A stretch of DNA of 64,000 nt, from assembly GCA_964016885.1 (NCBI GenBank), contig OZ024751.1:4402001-4466000 (forward strand), given 5' to 3'. A program made the translations under genes and the position numbers. The notes under the pieces are model-generated. The model made no database searches. It saw only the letters and a program-made list of their open reading frames with translations, and had not been told where the DNA came from. The stretch comes from Eledone cirrhosa. Taxonomy: Eukaryota. Of the stretch, positions 1-13,720 are shown in pieces. Position 1 is the first letter of the stretch. Each line of letters starts with the position of its first letter.

Positions 1-297
1 TGTATTGTGTTAATGTCATTTTAAACGCTGAGAAAGCCAGCGTAATTTTTTACGTAAGACGCTCAATGTAAACAGAACAAAGGGAAATAACTGATAACTT
101 ACGCTCAAAAATCGATACATTATATTCGATTTCGTCACATAGGGTGGGTCAATTTGAAATTTTTTTTTTCCGATGTCTTCGCTTGGGCTCAATGTGCAAG
201 TATAGCAATTTCGGTGCAATTCCGTGAGAGATTCTAAGAGGAGATGTATGCCAAAAATCGATAGACAGACAGACAACCACAGTTTTATATATATAGA
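1..297 (-). mobile_element. 5' part of the next tandem Helitron-like copy (runs off the window)
   Basis: Near-identical to 991-1287, with the TC start at 297. Confidence 0.7.
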
Positions 298-1287
298 AGC
301 AGTAAAGCCCGGCGTTGCTCGGGGTCGTTCAGTAGCTGTGTTAAAGTTACAATGTTAAGTTTCTTTCTTGGCTTAAAAACTGTAGTGTCTACTGTGCAGA
401 CTTGCATGTGGTGTTTTTGATTAATATTCCCTCAACCAACAATATGCCTTATGAAGTTAAGAAAACATAACGATAACCCGAATGTTATAACAAAAGAGGA
501 TGCTGGGGATAGAAACTGCACTGGTTATTTATTAACAAAGATCGAAAATGTAAACACTGCAACGCAGAGAAAAACATTAGCGTAACCAAATTATCAGTTA
601 TGTCTGTCTGCACGCTTATATCACCTCTTTGCACGCCTATATCACCTCTTTGCACGCCTATATCACCTCTCTGCACGACTGTCTGTCTGCACGCCTATAT
701 CACCTCTCTGCACGACTGTCTGTCTGCACGCCTATATCACCTCTCTGCACGACTGTCTGTCTGCACGCGTATATCACCTCTCTGCACGATGTCTGTCTGC
801 ACGACTGTCTGTCTGCACGCCTAACGACGAAATATTTGCTTGTTTTACGTAGTCTTTAAATAGACTTGTTTTCAAGTAAAAATATTGTTTTAAAATGCTT
901 TTAAATGGAAATGAAGCAAAACGGAAGCTTAGTGTTCGAACTGATGAATTTTGCAGGTCAATATTTTGCTGGCTCGACAACTGTCTGTTCGTGTATTGTG
1001 TTAATGTCATTTTAAACGCTGAGAAAGCCAGCGTAATTTTTTACGTAAGACGCTCAATGTAAACAGAACAAAGGGAAATAACTGATAACTTACGCTCAAA
1101 AATCGATACATTATATTCGATTTCGTCACATAGGGTGGGTCAATTTGAAATTTTTTTTCCCGATGTCTTCGCTAGGGCTCAATGTACAAGTATAGCAATT
1201 TCGGTGCAATTCCGTGAGAGATTCTAAGAGGAGATGTGTGCCAAAAATCGATAGACAGACAGACAACCACAGTTTTATATATATAGA
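298..1287 (-). mobile_element. Non-autonomous Helitron-like element (~990 bp), one unit of a head-to-tail tandem
   Basis: Minus strand starts A|TCTATATATATAAAACTG at 1287. The 3' end has the hairpin CCCG-AGCAACGC-CGGG (308-323) followed by CTTTACTGCT. 991-1287 is a near-identical direct repeat of 1-297. Confidence 0.75.
601..822. repeat. Minisatellite inside the Helitron (CACGCCTATATCACCTCTCTG / CACGACTGTCTGTCTG units)
   Basis: Directly visible 21-bp and 16-bp tandem units. Confidence 0.9.
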
Positions 1288-1294
1288 TTAGACA

Positions 1295-1918
1295 CACATA
1301 GAAGTGGTTGATAGCTTTTGCAATCTAGGTGACTTAATTAGCAGTGGAGGAGGCTGCTCTGACAGATGAATAGCTAGAATAAGGATAGGATGGAAAAAGT
1401 TTAGAGAGCTACTGCAACAGTTGACCACAAAAGGTTTCTTTCTCTGTACAAAAGGACAACTGTATGTCACATGTGGGTGATGTGCAATGATGTATGGTAA
1501 CGAAACAAGGGCTGTGACTGATAAGATATGTAGACTGGAGAGAAATGAAGCAACCATGCTTTGTAGGATATGTTGTGTAAGGTAGAGCTTGGACAAGTTC
1601 AAGAAGAAGCTGGGTTTAAGAGTGATCTGAAGTGGTGTGTAAGAGAGAAGACTGTGTTTGTATGGATATGTGATGCACATGGATAACGACCACTGGGTGA
1701 TGAAGTGCCAGGAAATCCCAGTAGAAGGAAGCCATAGTAGAGGTAGACCAAGAAAGACCTGGACAGAGGCTGTGTGAACTGACTTCAAATAACTGACTCT
1801 CACAGAGGACATGACAAAGGAACACGTGTTGAAAGATGCCATGTTGAGAAGGACCTGTCCAACCAAGCAAACATGTAAAACAGACATAAAGACAGTGATG
1901 ATGTTGATGACGATGACG
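1295..1918 (+). mobile_element. 3' fragment of an RTE-clade LINE (decayed)
   Basis: Translates to EVVDSFCNLGDLISSGGGCS...GRPRKTW, homologous to 9200-9780, and ends in a (GAT)n-like tail. Confidence 0.8.
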
Positions 1919-2234
1919 TAGATATACACACATACATACACAAATAAATCAAACACAGATATGCACATACGTATATACAAACACAGATACAAATATATAC
2001 ATGAACACACATTTCTACATACATACATTCACATATATATAGCGTATATAAATTCTGAACAATACAGTTTTGTCAGCACAAGTCTTGGTTACAACTTCTA
2101 CAAATAAAATGAAAGGAGAAGAATTTCTTAGTAAAACAGTTTTATTCAAAATATTAACATTGGTGGCACTATTTTGGGTGAGTGATATGGTTTTTATCTT
2201 GTCTAATTGTGTTGCATTAAGTAATCTTTACAAG

Positions 2235-3193
2235 AGAACGATTTATCACAGACATCACAGTGATATGGTTCCTCTCCTGTAGATGTTAGTGTCTAGTGAA
2301 GCCACAACATTTAGAGAAGGATTTGTCACAGACATCACAGTGATATGGTTCCTCTCCTGTATGTGTTAGTGTGTAGTGAAGCCACATTTATAAAGTGATT
2401 TACCACAGGCAACATAGTGATATGGTTCCTTTCCTGTATATGTTAGTGTCTAGTGAAGCAACAACATTTAGAGAATGATTTACCCCAGATATCACAGTGA
2501 TATAGTTCCTCTCCTGTATATGTTAGTGTGTAGTGAAGCCACAAAATTTAGAGAAACATTTACCAGATATCAGTGATATGGTTCTTCTCCTGTATGTGTT
2601 AGTGTGTAGTGAAGCCACAACATTTAGAAAATGATTTACCACAGACATCATAGTGATATGGTTCCTCTCCTGTATATGTTAGTGTCTAGCTAAGCCACAA
2701 CATTTAGAGAAAGATTTACCAAATATATCAAAGTGATATGGCTTCCCAGCTGTATGTATATATTTGTGTGTAGTTAATGTAACATTCAAAGAGAATGATT
2801 TCCCTCAGATGTCACAATGATATGTATTTGTATTCTCATTAATTCACAAATTTGAGGGAATGATTTATCACTGATTTCAATGCATTATGATTTCTCTTCT
2901 GCATGTATAAGTTTGTGAGTAGTTAGGTTACTTTTCCCAGAGAATGATATACCACAGATATCACAGTGATATGGCTTATCTCCTGTATGGGTACGTTTGT
3001 GGCTAGTTAAGTTACTACGTTGAGAGAATGATTTACCAAAGATATCACAGTGATATGGCTTATCTCCTGTTATACGTTTGTGGTTAGTTAAGTGACTACT
3101 GAAAGAGAATGATTTACCACAGATATCGCAGTGATATGGTTTCTCACCTGTATGGGTATGTATGTGAGAAGTTAAGGTACTACTATTAGAGAA
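2235..3193 (-). pseudogene. Decayed continuation of the C2H2 finger array
   Basis: 84-bp finger repeats with a His deletion and stops (2760-3193), then six ~80-bp frameshifted finger-derived repeats (2260-2740). Confidence 0.85.
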
Positions 3194-3754
<561 letters not shown>

Positions 3755-4811
3755 TCAGTTGATATCTGAAGATAGTACAAACTTCTTTTTCATCCAAGTT
3801 TAGTTAAAATACAAAACCATCTTATAGTGAAGAAAATAAACTCAGCTTTGAGGAAATATTTCACAGTGATACGAGAGATTTTTATAAACAGTGTTATATA
3901 AGTTCTGTTTAGAAAGTTTTAGTCTTCAAATGATGATAAATAGAGGTGATGTATTCAAGATCGAAAATAATAATTTATCCCAATGTCATCTGATATTCTG
4001 AAATAAGAAAGAAACAGCATGAGATAATACAGAATACTTTAGAAGCAGAGATAGATTTAACAGTGGAAATTTTATATTTCTATATTGGTAAACTGTAGAT
4101 ATCAACTTTGCTGTCCAGAGCAATTCTCTCCAATGTAAGCATGCTCTATAAATTATATCCTTCTATTGCTTCAGAGGTCTGTTCTATGCAGTTTAGCAAA
4201 AAATTCATTCTTATAGGATTTATAAGAAAGAAACAGTATGAGATAATAAAGAATACTCAAAATACAGGGATAGATTTAACAGTGGAAATTTTACATTTTT
4301 ACCAGCGTCGAAGACGTTACCTTTTCCCTATTATAAGTCTCAAAAATCTACCAATACGCCCTGGATGCCGAAGGTTGTTTATTTTTCTTCAAAAATATGG
4401 TCATCTTCGGTGCCGGTAAATACAGTACATTGGTAAACTGTAGAAATATACCTGTGTGATGTTTATTTATATAAACCAAGGCTATATATATGTCAAACTA
4501 CAGCTACACCATCACGATAGCGGTGTCATCTAGTACAGGGCCCAAAAACTGTGGTAACCTTGTGAGATGGATTTGGCTTTGCCGACTGGCTACCCTCACC
4601 ATAGTGGCGCAGCACTTCTCGTAACCGTACCATCCAGTACGAGTCCCCATATCTATGGTAACCTCATGAAAAGGGTTTGGCGCAGCTGGCTGGCCACCCC
4701 TCCTCATAATGGTGCCACCCAGTACCAGGCCCCAAAATTATAGTTCCACTGTGAGATGGGTTCAGTGCAGCCAAATGGCCTGTCCCTCCTCATAACAGAA
4801 CCATCCAGTTC

Positions 4812-4992
4812 CACACTGTAAACATGGTTCATGTTAGGAAGGGAATCCAGCTGTAAAATACCCGACCAAATTTACAGACCTCGCCTGAGCAAGGTGTGAC
4901 ACATGGCCAACCCTGGCCAGACTTGCCTCCTGGCGTGGATGACCCATCTAACCCATGCAGGATTGGAAAAATGGACATTAAATGGTGATGAC
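4812..4992 (+). mobile_element. SINE-like dispersed repeat (AGGAAGGGCATCCAGCCGTAGAAA family, (GAT)n tail)
   Basis: Similar copies at 5135-5305 and 10017-10187, all ending CCCATGC...GGAA...GACGTTAAA-(GAT)n or a close variant. Confidence 0.65.
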
Positions 4993-4995
4993 ACA

Positions 4996-5041
<46 letters not shown>

Positions 5042-5134
5042 ACCAACACTGGACATGTAAAAGACACAGCAAAAGGCACACAGCCCACACTGTAAAGTGG
5101 ATATGTAGGTGTCTTGGGAAATGCACCCAGTGCA

Positions 5135-5305
5135 CACTTTCAATGTGGTTGGCGTTAGGAAGGGCATCCAGCCGTAGAAAGCTAGCCAGAAACACCCCTA
5201 TATGAGTGAGACACAGTCACCTGACCCAAATTGCCTCTAAATGGGACCCATCTAACCCATGCTAGCATGGAAGATGGATGTTAAATGATGATGATGATGA
5301 TGATA
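5135..5305 (+). mobile_element. SINE-like dispersed repeat, same family
   Basis: Same core and (GAT)n tail as 4812-4992. Confidence 0.65.
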
Positions 5306-5883
5306 TATAATAAAATGTTGTAGTTTACTTTAAGCATTATATATAAAATGTAACGTTGAAAGAGATAGAAGGCTAAACAATGCAAAATTGACTGTAAGAT
5401 GAGGTAAGGAAAAGTAAAAGTTACCTTGTAATCTTTGTTTTGTTGTTGTTTTTTTATCTGTCCAATATTTCAGGACCTAAAAGTACCTTCTTTGGTGTTT
5501 AACACATTAGCATTTGCACTACTCTATATATACTATTATATTTCCAGGGTAATGTCTTTACCTCACATAACATTTACATTAAATCTTTGTTTTGTTTTTT
5601 TTGTTCTTTTATTTGTCCAATATTGCGGGACCTAAAAGTCCTTTCTTCTTTAGCATTTACATTACAACATATATACTACTCCTTAAGTTTAGACCTGTTT
5701 GATGGGCTGACTGCGGAAATTTGGAAAGTCTAAGTATTCAATGACAATGTCACAGATAAAGATAAATTCACCTCCCGCTGCAAGACACGAATACAAGGAC
5801 CCCTCTTTATTTCAGACACGGATGACCAACAAAATTCCGTCTGCCACAAACCTCCCTGCCCCTCCAACCCATCCATCCCACCC

Positions 5884-8800
5884 TCCCAATCTCAGAGTTG
5901 GTTCCATGAACGTAGGCACATAGAAAGGTCGCTCAAATGAGGTTGTAGAGACGCTTGAACGTAAAGAAGTTGGTGTTTGTTGTATTTAAGAGACTAGGTG
6001 GAGAGGGGGGTCTGCCAGATTCATCGTGGGTAAAAAACGATGCTATAAACTTTTCTGGGTGGGAAATGACAACGGACAGGGTGGTGTAGGAATTATGCTA
6101 GCTGAAAAATGGGTAGATAAGGTAATTGATGTAAATAGAGTGAATGACATAATAATTAAAATAAGACTAGTTCTAAATAGAACTACTGTGACAATTATAG
6201 CCACTTATGCCCCAATCTGGTTTACCTGACGTCATAAAGGACAGGTTCTATGAGATGCTAATGCACATAATAACCGACAGCGACTAATTAATTATTGCTG
6301 GCGATCTAAACGGTCACGTTGGACAACATAGTGATGGCTATGATGGAATCCATGAAGGCTATGGGGTTGAAAATAGAAATGAGGAGGGCTTCAGAATCCT
6401 GGAATTCTGTGACGCAAACAGCCTATCTGTAACACAAACTTCAAAAAACGTGAAAACCACTTGATCACCTATAGATCAGGGGAACATGCCAGCCAGATAG
6501 ATTATATCCTTACTAGAAGACGGGACAAAGTATCTGTTGTAAACACTAAATCCCTCCCCCTTGAAGAATGCACCTCCCAACATAGCCTAGTAGTTAGTGA
6601 CCTCATAGTCAGGAATAGACGTACTCGACGACAGAGGAGGCCTACCTTGAGGAGAAGAATATGGAAGTTGATGGACCCCACAGCCAGTGAGAAATTTAAA
6701 AGCTTATTACTTGATACCTTTGACAATAAGGAAGAGCAATTAGAGACGTGCGATATAGAGGATCAGTGGCAACTCTTGAAAGTGAACCTGGTGAAAGCAA
6801 TGGTTGAAATCTGTGGCTGGAGCAGACCTATTGGGAGGAGGAGAGTAACTTGGTGGTGGAACAGTAAGGTGGAAGAGACAATCAAGGCCAAAAAGCAGGC
6901 TTGGAAAGTACGGCAGGATGGGGGAAGCAGAGAGCACTATCAAGTGGCCAGGAGAGAAGCTAGGAGACAAGTGTACCTTGCAAAAAGGGAAACAGAGGAT
7001 AGAAAGTTCAAGCATGTTCTACAACATGAGGACCAAAAACGTGAGGTGTTCAGGATTGCTAGACAGTGTGTCAAGGAAAGCCGTGATATTGTCGGGGAGA
7101 AGTGAGTCCGTAATGATAACGGTGTACTTACCCCCACTGATACTGATAAGAAGATAGCCTGGAAGTGTCACTACGAGAGACTATTAAATGAGGAGAATAA
7201 ATGGGAAAAAGATAGTCTTCCCCAAATCGATTCAATAGAAGGACCAGCAGTGCAAGTTAAAGGTAGTATAATAAGTAAGGCAATGAAAGATATGAAGGTA
7301 GGCAAGGCAGCTGGGCCTTCGGCGATAGTTGCTGAGATGTTGGAGGCATCTGGTATGGTGGGACACACTATGGTCACCCGTATAGTTAACCAAGTAATAG
7401 AGAATGGGATCATACCGAAAGACTGGCGTAACAGCATCATCATTAACTGCTACAAGGGTAAAGGGGATGCTCTAGATAGGGGAAACTATAGAGGCATTAA
7501 GTTAGTTGACGAGGTCATGAAGGTCACAGAAAGAGTTATAGCGCAACTAATCAGAGAGTGAATTGATCTAGATGAAATGCAGTTTGGGTTTGTGTCTGGT
7601 AAAAGTACCACAGACGTTCTTTTCCTGGTACAACAACTACAGAAGTACCTAGCTAAAAGTAAACCCCTCTACTTAGCTTTTGTAGACCTGGAGAAAGCCT
7701 TTGACAGAGTCCCCCGCTCCATTATCTGGTGGTCTCTTAGAAAACTAGGTGTAGATGAATGGCTTGTGAGAGCTATACAAGCTATGTATAATGAAACAGT
7801 CAGTAACGTTAAAATTAACAATGAATATTGTGAAGAATTTAGTCTAAAAGTTGGTGTTCATCAAGGCTCAGTCCTTAGCCTCCTCCTATTTATTATTGCC
7901 CTTCAGGCTATAACAGAGGAGTTCAAGACCGGCTGCCCATGGGAACTCCTATACGCAGATGATCTAATGCTCATAGCTGAATCAATGGCTGAACTAGAAA
8001 AGAAATTCCAAACATGGAAGCATGGCCTAGAATCAAAAGGCCTTAAAGTTAACTTGTCTAAGACTAAAGTCCTAGTTTGTAGAAAGGAAAATAAGGCACA
8101 GGTACCCGCAGGGAAATGGCCTTGCTCAGTGTGTAGGAAAGGAGTAGGCAGAAATTCAATTTTATGTCCCAAATGCAAAGTATGGGTACATAAAAGATGT
8201 AGTGGGATCACAGGTAAACTATCTAAGAACGTAGACTTTATATGTGGCCGATGCTCAGGTGCAATAGGTAGCAAGTGAAGACAGGCAAAGTAGCTGGGCC
8301 TTCGGAGATAGTTGCTGAGATGTTGAAGGCATCTGGAATGGTGGGACATACTATGGTCACCCGTATAGTTAACCAAGTAATACAGAATGGGCTCATACCA
8401 AAAGACTGGCGTAGCAGCATCATCATTAACTGCTACAAGGGTAAAGGAGATGCTCTAGATAGAGGAAACTATAGAGGCATTCAGTTAATTGACCAGGTCA
8501 TGAAGGTCACAGAAAGAGTTATAGCGCAACTAATCAGAGAGCGAATTGATCTAGATGAAATGCTCTTTTCCTTGTACGACAACTAGAGAAGTACCTAGCT
8601 AAAAGTAAACCCCTCTACTTAGCTTTTGTAGACCTGGAAAAAGCCTTTGACAGAGTCCCCCGCTCCATTATCTGGTGGGCTCTTAGAAAACTAGGTGTAG
8701 TAGTAAGGTTAGAATTAACAATGAATATTGTGAAGAATTTAGTGTAAAAGTTGGTGTTCACCAAAGCTCTGTCCTTAGCCCCCTCCTATTTATTATTGCC

Positions 8801-9806
8801 CTTCAGGCTATAACAGAGGAGTTCAAGACCGGCTGCCCATGGGAACTCCTATACGCAGATGATCTAACGCTCATAGCTGAATCAATGGCTGAACTAGAAA
8901 AGAAATTCCAAACATGGAAACATGGCCTAGACTCAAAAGGCCTTAAAACTTGTCTAAGACTAAAGTTCTAGTTTATAGGAAGGAAAATAGGGCACCGGTC
9001 CCATCTGGGAAATGGCCATGCTCAGTGTGCAGGAAAGGAGTAGGCAGAAATTTCATTTTATGTCCCAAATGCAAACTATGGGTACATAAAAGATGTAGTG
9101 GTAAACTAACTAAGATTGTATGTGGCCGATGCTCAGGTGCAATAAGTAGCAAGTGTCCACAGGATACTAGCTGCTATCTCCTTCAACTGCCCAGATGGTT
9201 CTATAGAAATAGTAGACACTTTCCGTTACCTGGGTGACGAAATCAGCAGTGGTGGAGGGTGTTCTGAAAGTACAGTAGCTAGAGTCAGAACGGTTCAGAG
9301 AGCTTATACCGCTGTTGGCCACAAACGGTTTCTCTCTAAAAATGAAAGGCAGACGCTATGATGCCTGAATACGAACAGCAATGCTACATGGCAGTGACAT
9401 ATGGGGATTACATGCAGAGGACCTGCACAGACTGGATAGGAATGAAGCTTGCATGCTCCGTTGGATGTGTAATAGTAATATATGTGAACGGCAAAGCATA
9501 AATGAACTAAGTGAGAAATTAGGAATAAGAGGGATCAGATGCTGTTTACTTGAGAGAAGACTACGTTGGTATGGCCACGTGATGCGCATGAAAGATGACA
9601 GCTGCATAAAAAAGTGCAGGGCAATCAAAATTGATGGTAGTTACGGAGTAGGTAGACCCAGAAAAACCTGGGACAATCTGATAAATTCCGACCTTACACA
9701 CTTGCACTTCTCTAAGACAATGTCACTGGACCGAGATCTTTGGCGCTACGCAGTAATACAGAAGACCCGCCTTGCCTATGTACAAAGCGAAACCTTCATT
9801 CAGTAG
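5884..9806 (+). mobile_element. RTE-clade LINE, degenerate (APE endonuclease, RT and PHD-like Cys cluster) with an internal duplication
   Basis: APE motifs LRVGSMNVGT, ETRWRG, GDLNGHVG, SQIDYIL. RT motifs QFGF, FVDLEKAFDRV, GVHQGSVLS, LLYADDL. Cys cluster CSVC..CPKC..WVHKRC..CGRC. Many stops and frameshifts. Confidence 0.92.
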
Positions 9807-10016
9807 GCACCTCTTAACCAAATATATACCCCAATCCACTACCCCTACCCTATCCTCCAACTCCCATCAACACCACCCTCTCTGTATAAAGTTGGTACCA
9901 CAACATCCAGTCCAAATAAATGAGATGAGATCGAGATCGTGTAGGTGTCACGACAAAAAACACAGTCCACGCTGTAATGTGGCCTTGTAGGTGACACGGT
10001 AAAAAGTTCCCAGTTC

Positions 10017-10187
10017 CACACTGTAAATGTGGTTGGTGTTAGGAAGGGCATCCAGCCGTAGAAAGCCTGCCAGATAGTCCTATACGAGCGAGACACGGTC
10101 ACCAAACCAACGTTGCCTCAAGTGGCACAACTCCCGTCTAACCCATGCTAGCGTGGAAAATGGACGTTAAACGAAGATGATGATGAT
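10017..10187 (+). mobile_element. SINE-like dispersed repeat, same family as 4812 and 5135
   Basis: GGAAGGGCATCCAGCCGTAGAAA core and GACGTTAAACGAAGATGATGAT tail. Confidence 0.65.
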
Positions 10188-10569
10188 ATACATATAGATA
10201 CAATATGTACAGTATATATTATACACTATATATGATGTTCAAGAGAAAGACAATGGCTGATACAGCTTGGTACCAGTGATATCACAGCATATATACTATA
10301 TATACACTATGAATAATATGTATACACTATATATATATTATATATACACTATGTACAGTATATATAGACCATATTTATAATATATACACTGTGTACAGTA
10401 TCTATACACTATATTTGATGTCCGAGAAAAAGGTAATGGCTGATACAGCTGGGCACAAGTGACATCAAAACATATATATACTGTATATATACACTATATA
10501 CATTTTATATATACACTGAGTACAGTATATATTATACACTCTATATATATATGTCCAAGATAAAGGTTA

Positions 10570-10739
10570 TGGCCGATACAGCTTGACACCAGTGACATTA
10601 CAACTCATTTCTACAGCTGAGTAAACTGGAGCAACGTGAAATAAAGTGTCTTGCTCAAGGACACAACATTACCCTGTCCGACAATCGAACTCACCACCTT
10701 TTAATTGCAAGCCCAATCAATGCTCTAACCACTAAGCCA
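10570..10739 (-). mobile_element. tRNA-derived SINE
   Basis: Minus strand has A-box TGGCTTAGTGG and B-box GAGTTCGATT, then a TGTGTCCTTGAGCAAGACACTT core. Its 3' motif is reiterated at ~10250 and ~10435. Confidence 0.75.
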
Positions 10740-11019
10740 GGATACGTTCCAGAACCAACGGTGATATAGAGACACCATAAAGACAACCGTTGTTTTCATA
10801 GTTTAACCCTTAAAACACCTCTCATACATGCTTTAAGTTCATAAAAACTCATTAAAACACACTTTTGTATTTAAACACCAAAAAACAGCCAGTAACGGTC
10901 GTAAGATGTCCCTTCCTTACGATATACACTCTAATATCATTGAAACTTATTTAATAAGTTTAAAATGTAAACACTTTTTATTCAGACGTACCGCGATAAC
11001 AAAATAGATATGTTCTAAC

Positions 11020-11123
11020 GAAAAATCCGCGATGTGGCGAGGATTACCGCGATAGGAAATTAGATACGTTCCAAAGAAATATCCGCGATGTAACGGGACG
11101 CGATATAGCGGGGGATTACTGTA
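11020..11123. mobile_element. Probable end of a Tc1/pogo-type MITE (only one TIR seen)
   Basis: Reverse complement reads TA|CAGTAATCCCCCGCTATATCGCG, a pogo/Tigger-style terminus. The partner TIR was not found. Confidence 0.4.
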
Positions 11124-11786
11124 TATATACACACACAACATACATCTATCTATATACACTCATAACATTTATTTCGATTTTTTACTTTAAAATGTTGACT
11201 GAGGGTGCGACAACTGTTTCTTGTTTGAGGTTGTTCCAGTGGTTGAAATATTTTAAATAATAGGTATTTTAAATAATAAAGACAGTCATGATAACAATAT
11301 ATTTTATATCACATGTAACAGTGGAATCGGCTGATTGAAAAATAACACATCGACATTTCAGTTTGGAAGATTTTTTTTATAGATATAAAAGTGGAGGAAG
11401 AAATATATTTTTCTAGTGTTGTTATATATATTTTCACTTGTATATAATTACTGGATCATTGTAGGGTTTACATAATTATATTATTTACAAACATTAATAT
11501 AGACATTAAGTAAATCTTTGTCAACTTACCTTCATTTTTTTAGTCATAAATTGATATCTTGTCAGAATGAAGTTGTGAGGCTGACTTTATGTCTTTAGAT
11601 ACAGATTTGATAGGAAATATATATATATTAGGTTGATATGTGGTCTAAAATATATATATTGTCTATAATTGACTGATAGCAGATGTTCTGGTGAAATAGT
11701 AGTTTTACTACTACAGATTGTAATGGAACTCTTAGTAGATATGACAGTGTAAGACTAATCGGGAAGACTAGTCGGGAAAATAAAAT

Positions 11787-11843
<57 letters not shown>

Positions 11844-12241
11844 GTTACACAAGATATAATTAGATTAATTAAGGTTATAATGAAGACAGCAGGTACATGG
11901 TGTCATTGGGAATGTTACAACTCTCGTACCGGTGTCATATGTTTTAACATATGACACTGATATAATTTAATACCTTCAGTCCCTGATATAATTTAATACC
12001 TTCAGACACATTTCCTATCGTATTTAATTGATTGTAAATCAAAAATTATCACTCAGTAAAATATCAATTATATATCAAAACCTCTACGTAGTCTCTCTAA
12101 CTGCTAGAAATAGAAGCGGTATTATCCATTACAACTTAGTTTTTTGTTTAAAAATCTCCAAAGTTTAGTTATACAATCAACAGCAAATCTTTTGTACAGA
12201 CTTCTTAATAAACTGGAAGACCGTCAGTTATCATTCTCCCT

Positions 12242-12350
<109 letters not shown>

Positions 12351-13720
12351 CAAACCTGGACCCTTGGAATTGATGGTAAAATCCAGTACAGGGTTTCTGT
12401 GACACCTAAATCAATAATACTGTCTGCTTAAAACAATAAGCTTTTGGTATAATGATCGAACGAGGAATATCACGTTATCAACAGGTATTTTGTTCTGCGC
12501 CAGTGTTGTGGATGACACAGTGTTTTGTAAAAGCACATGCGTAACTCACAGGGGAAAAAACCCCAGATTTTGACAAATGAATTCAGTATGTGTAAATCCA
12601 TGCAAAAAATTGCATAAATAGCACAAATCGAATAAGCTCTCGAGCGGATAGTTTTTAAAATAAACTTATGCAATTAATCTGTCAATAGAATTATTAACAG
12701 GTTAATTGTAAGACTCGGGAGATGAATACAAATATAAATTCAGCGAATTCCGAGTCATGCTGGCAAGCGCTCCATGGGCTAAACAAGACCAGAGCAATAA
12801 ACATAGGTTATAAAGGCCATACAAACTGAGAAGGCAGTCAAGAAGCCATAAACCACCTAAGCCAAAAAACAAATCAATCTAAACAGGTCAGTCAAAATAA
12901 ATGACATATTCATATATATATATATATATGTATATGTAGTGACTAGCGAGTTACTTCCCTTGTATCGGCACTATCTTAAATATAGGAGAGGCTATTGAGT
13001 GATAAGGGTAGCTGATCTCTCTCTTCCACGCTGGCTACAATGGAAAGCGGACGTACAAATATTCTTCTCCGATTATGACGGCCCGACTTGGTGGGTGTAC
13101 CCTATGGAATGCCTTCGTTTGGAACCAAAGACTTTGTGACGCCTCGTCTCCTGCATACACACATATCCTTTCGTTTAGCTCTGTCCATAAAATAATAATT
13201 AAGCCATTTCTGTTAATCCGCAAGGTATGTAGGGATTGAATCAACTTTTGTATAGAGTTTATTAAATGTATCTGTTATGTATTCTTGTGAGATTTTGTTG
13301 GGATAATAAACAACTCACTGAAGGCGTTAGCATGATTCTACGTGTTTATTTACTTGGCATGTTTTTAGCGGATTGATACATACTGTGCGTATCCGCCTTA
13401 GACACAGTTCCTACTGTTTACTAGATGCGCTTAACAAAATAGTACTAATAGTGGGGTGTATTCATTGTTGTGTATATCTATGCATACACATAGGTATGAA
13501 CGTGTAACATCCCTTCTTGAAAAAAAAGGATCTTTTGGCAATGAAAAAAAAAAAAAAAGTAGAAGTAATCTCCCTTACACTAATGGATTGTCAGCACAAG
13601 GGTGGCAATCCTGCAGCAGAAACCGTGAGATTATTCTGCCCACACACGTGGTTTTCTGCTTCCTTATCTAGCAGGAATAGTTGTTTTTTTGGGGGTTTTA
13701 TTTTTGTTTTTTTGTTTTTT

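Noticed and set aside
1288-2028. 246-aa minus-strand ORF
   Set aside because: Antisense to a decayed RTE fragment plus a CA/TA-rich tract.
11520-11610. Possible upstream exon of the zinc-finger gene (minus-strand donor GAAG|GTAAGT at ~11530)
   Set aside because: A single splice motif with no clear acceptor or transcript support.
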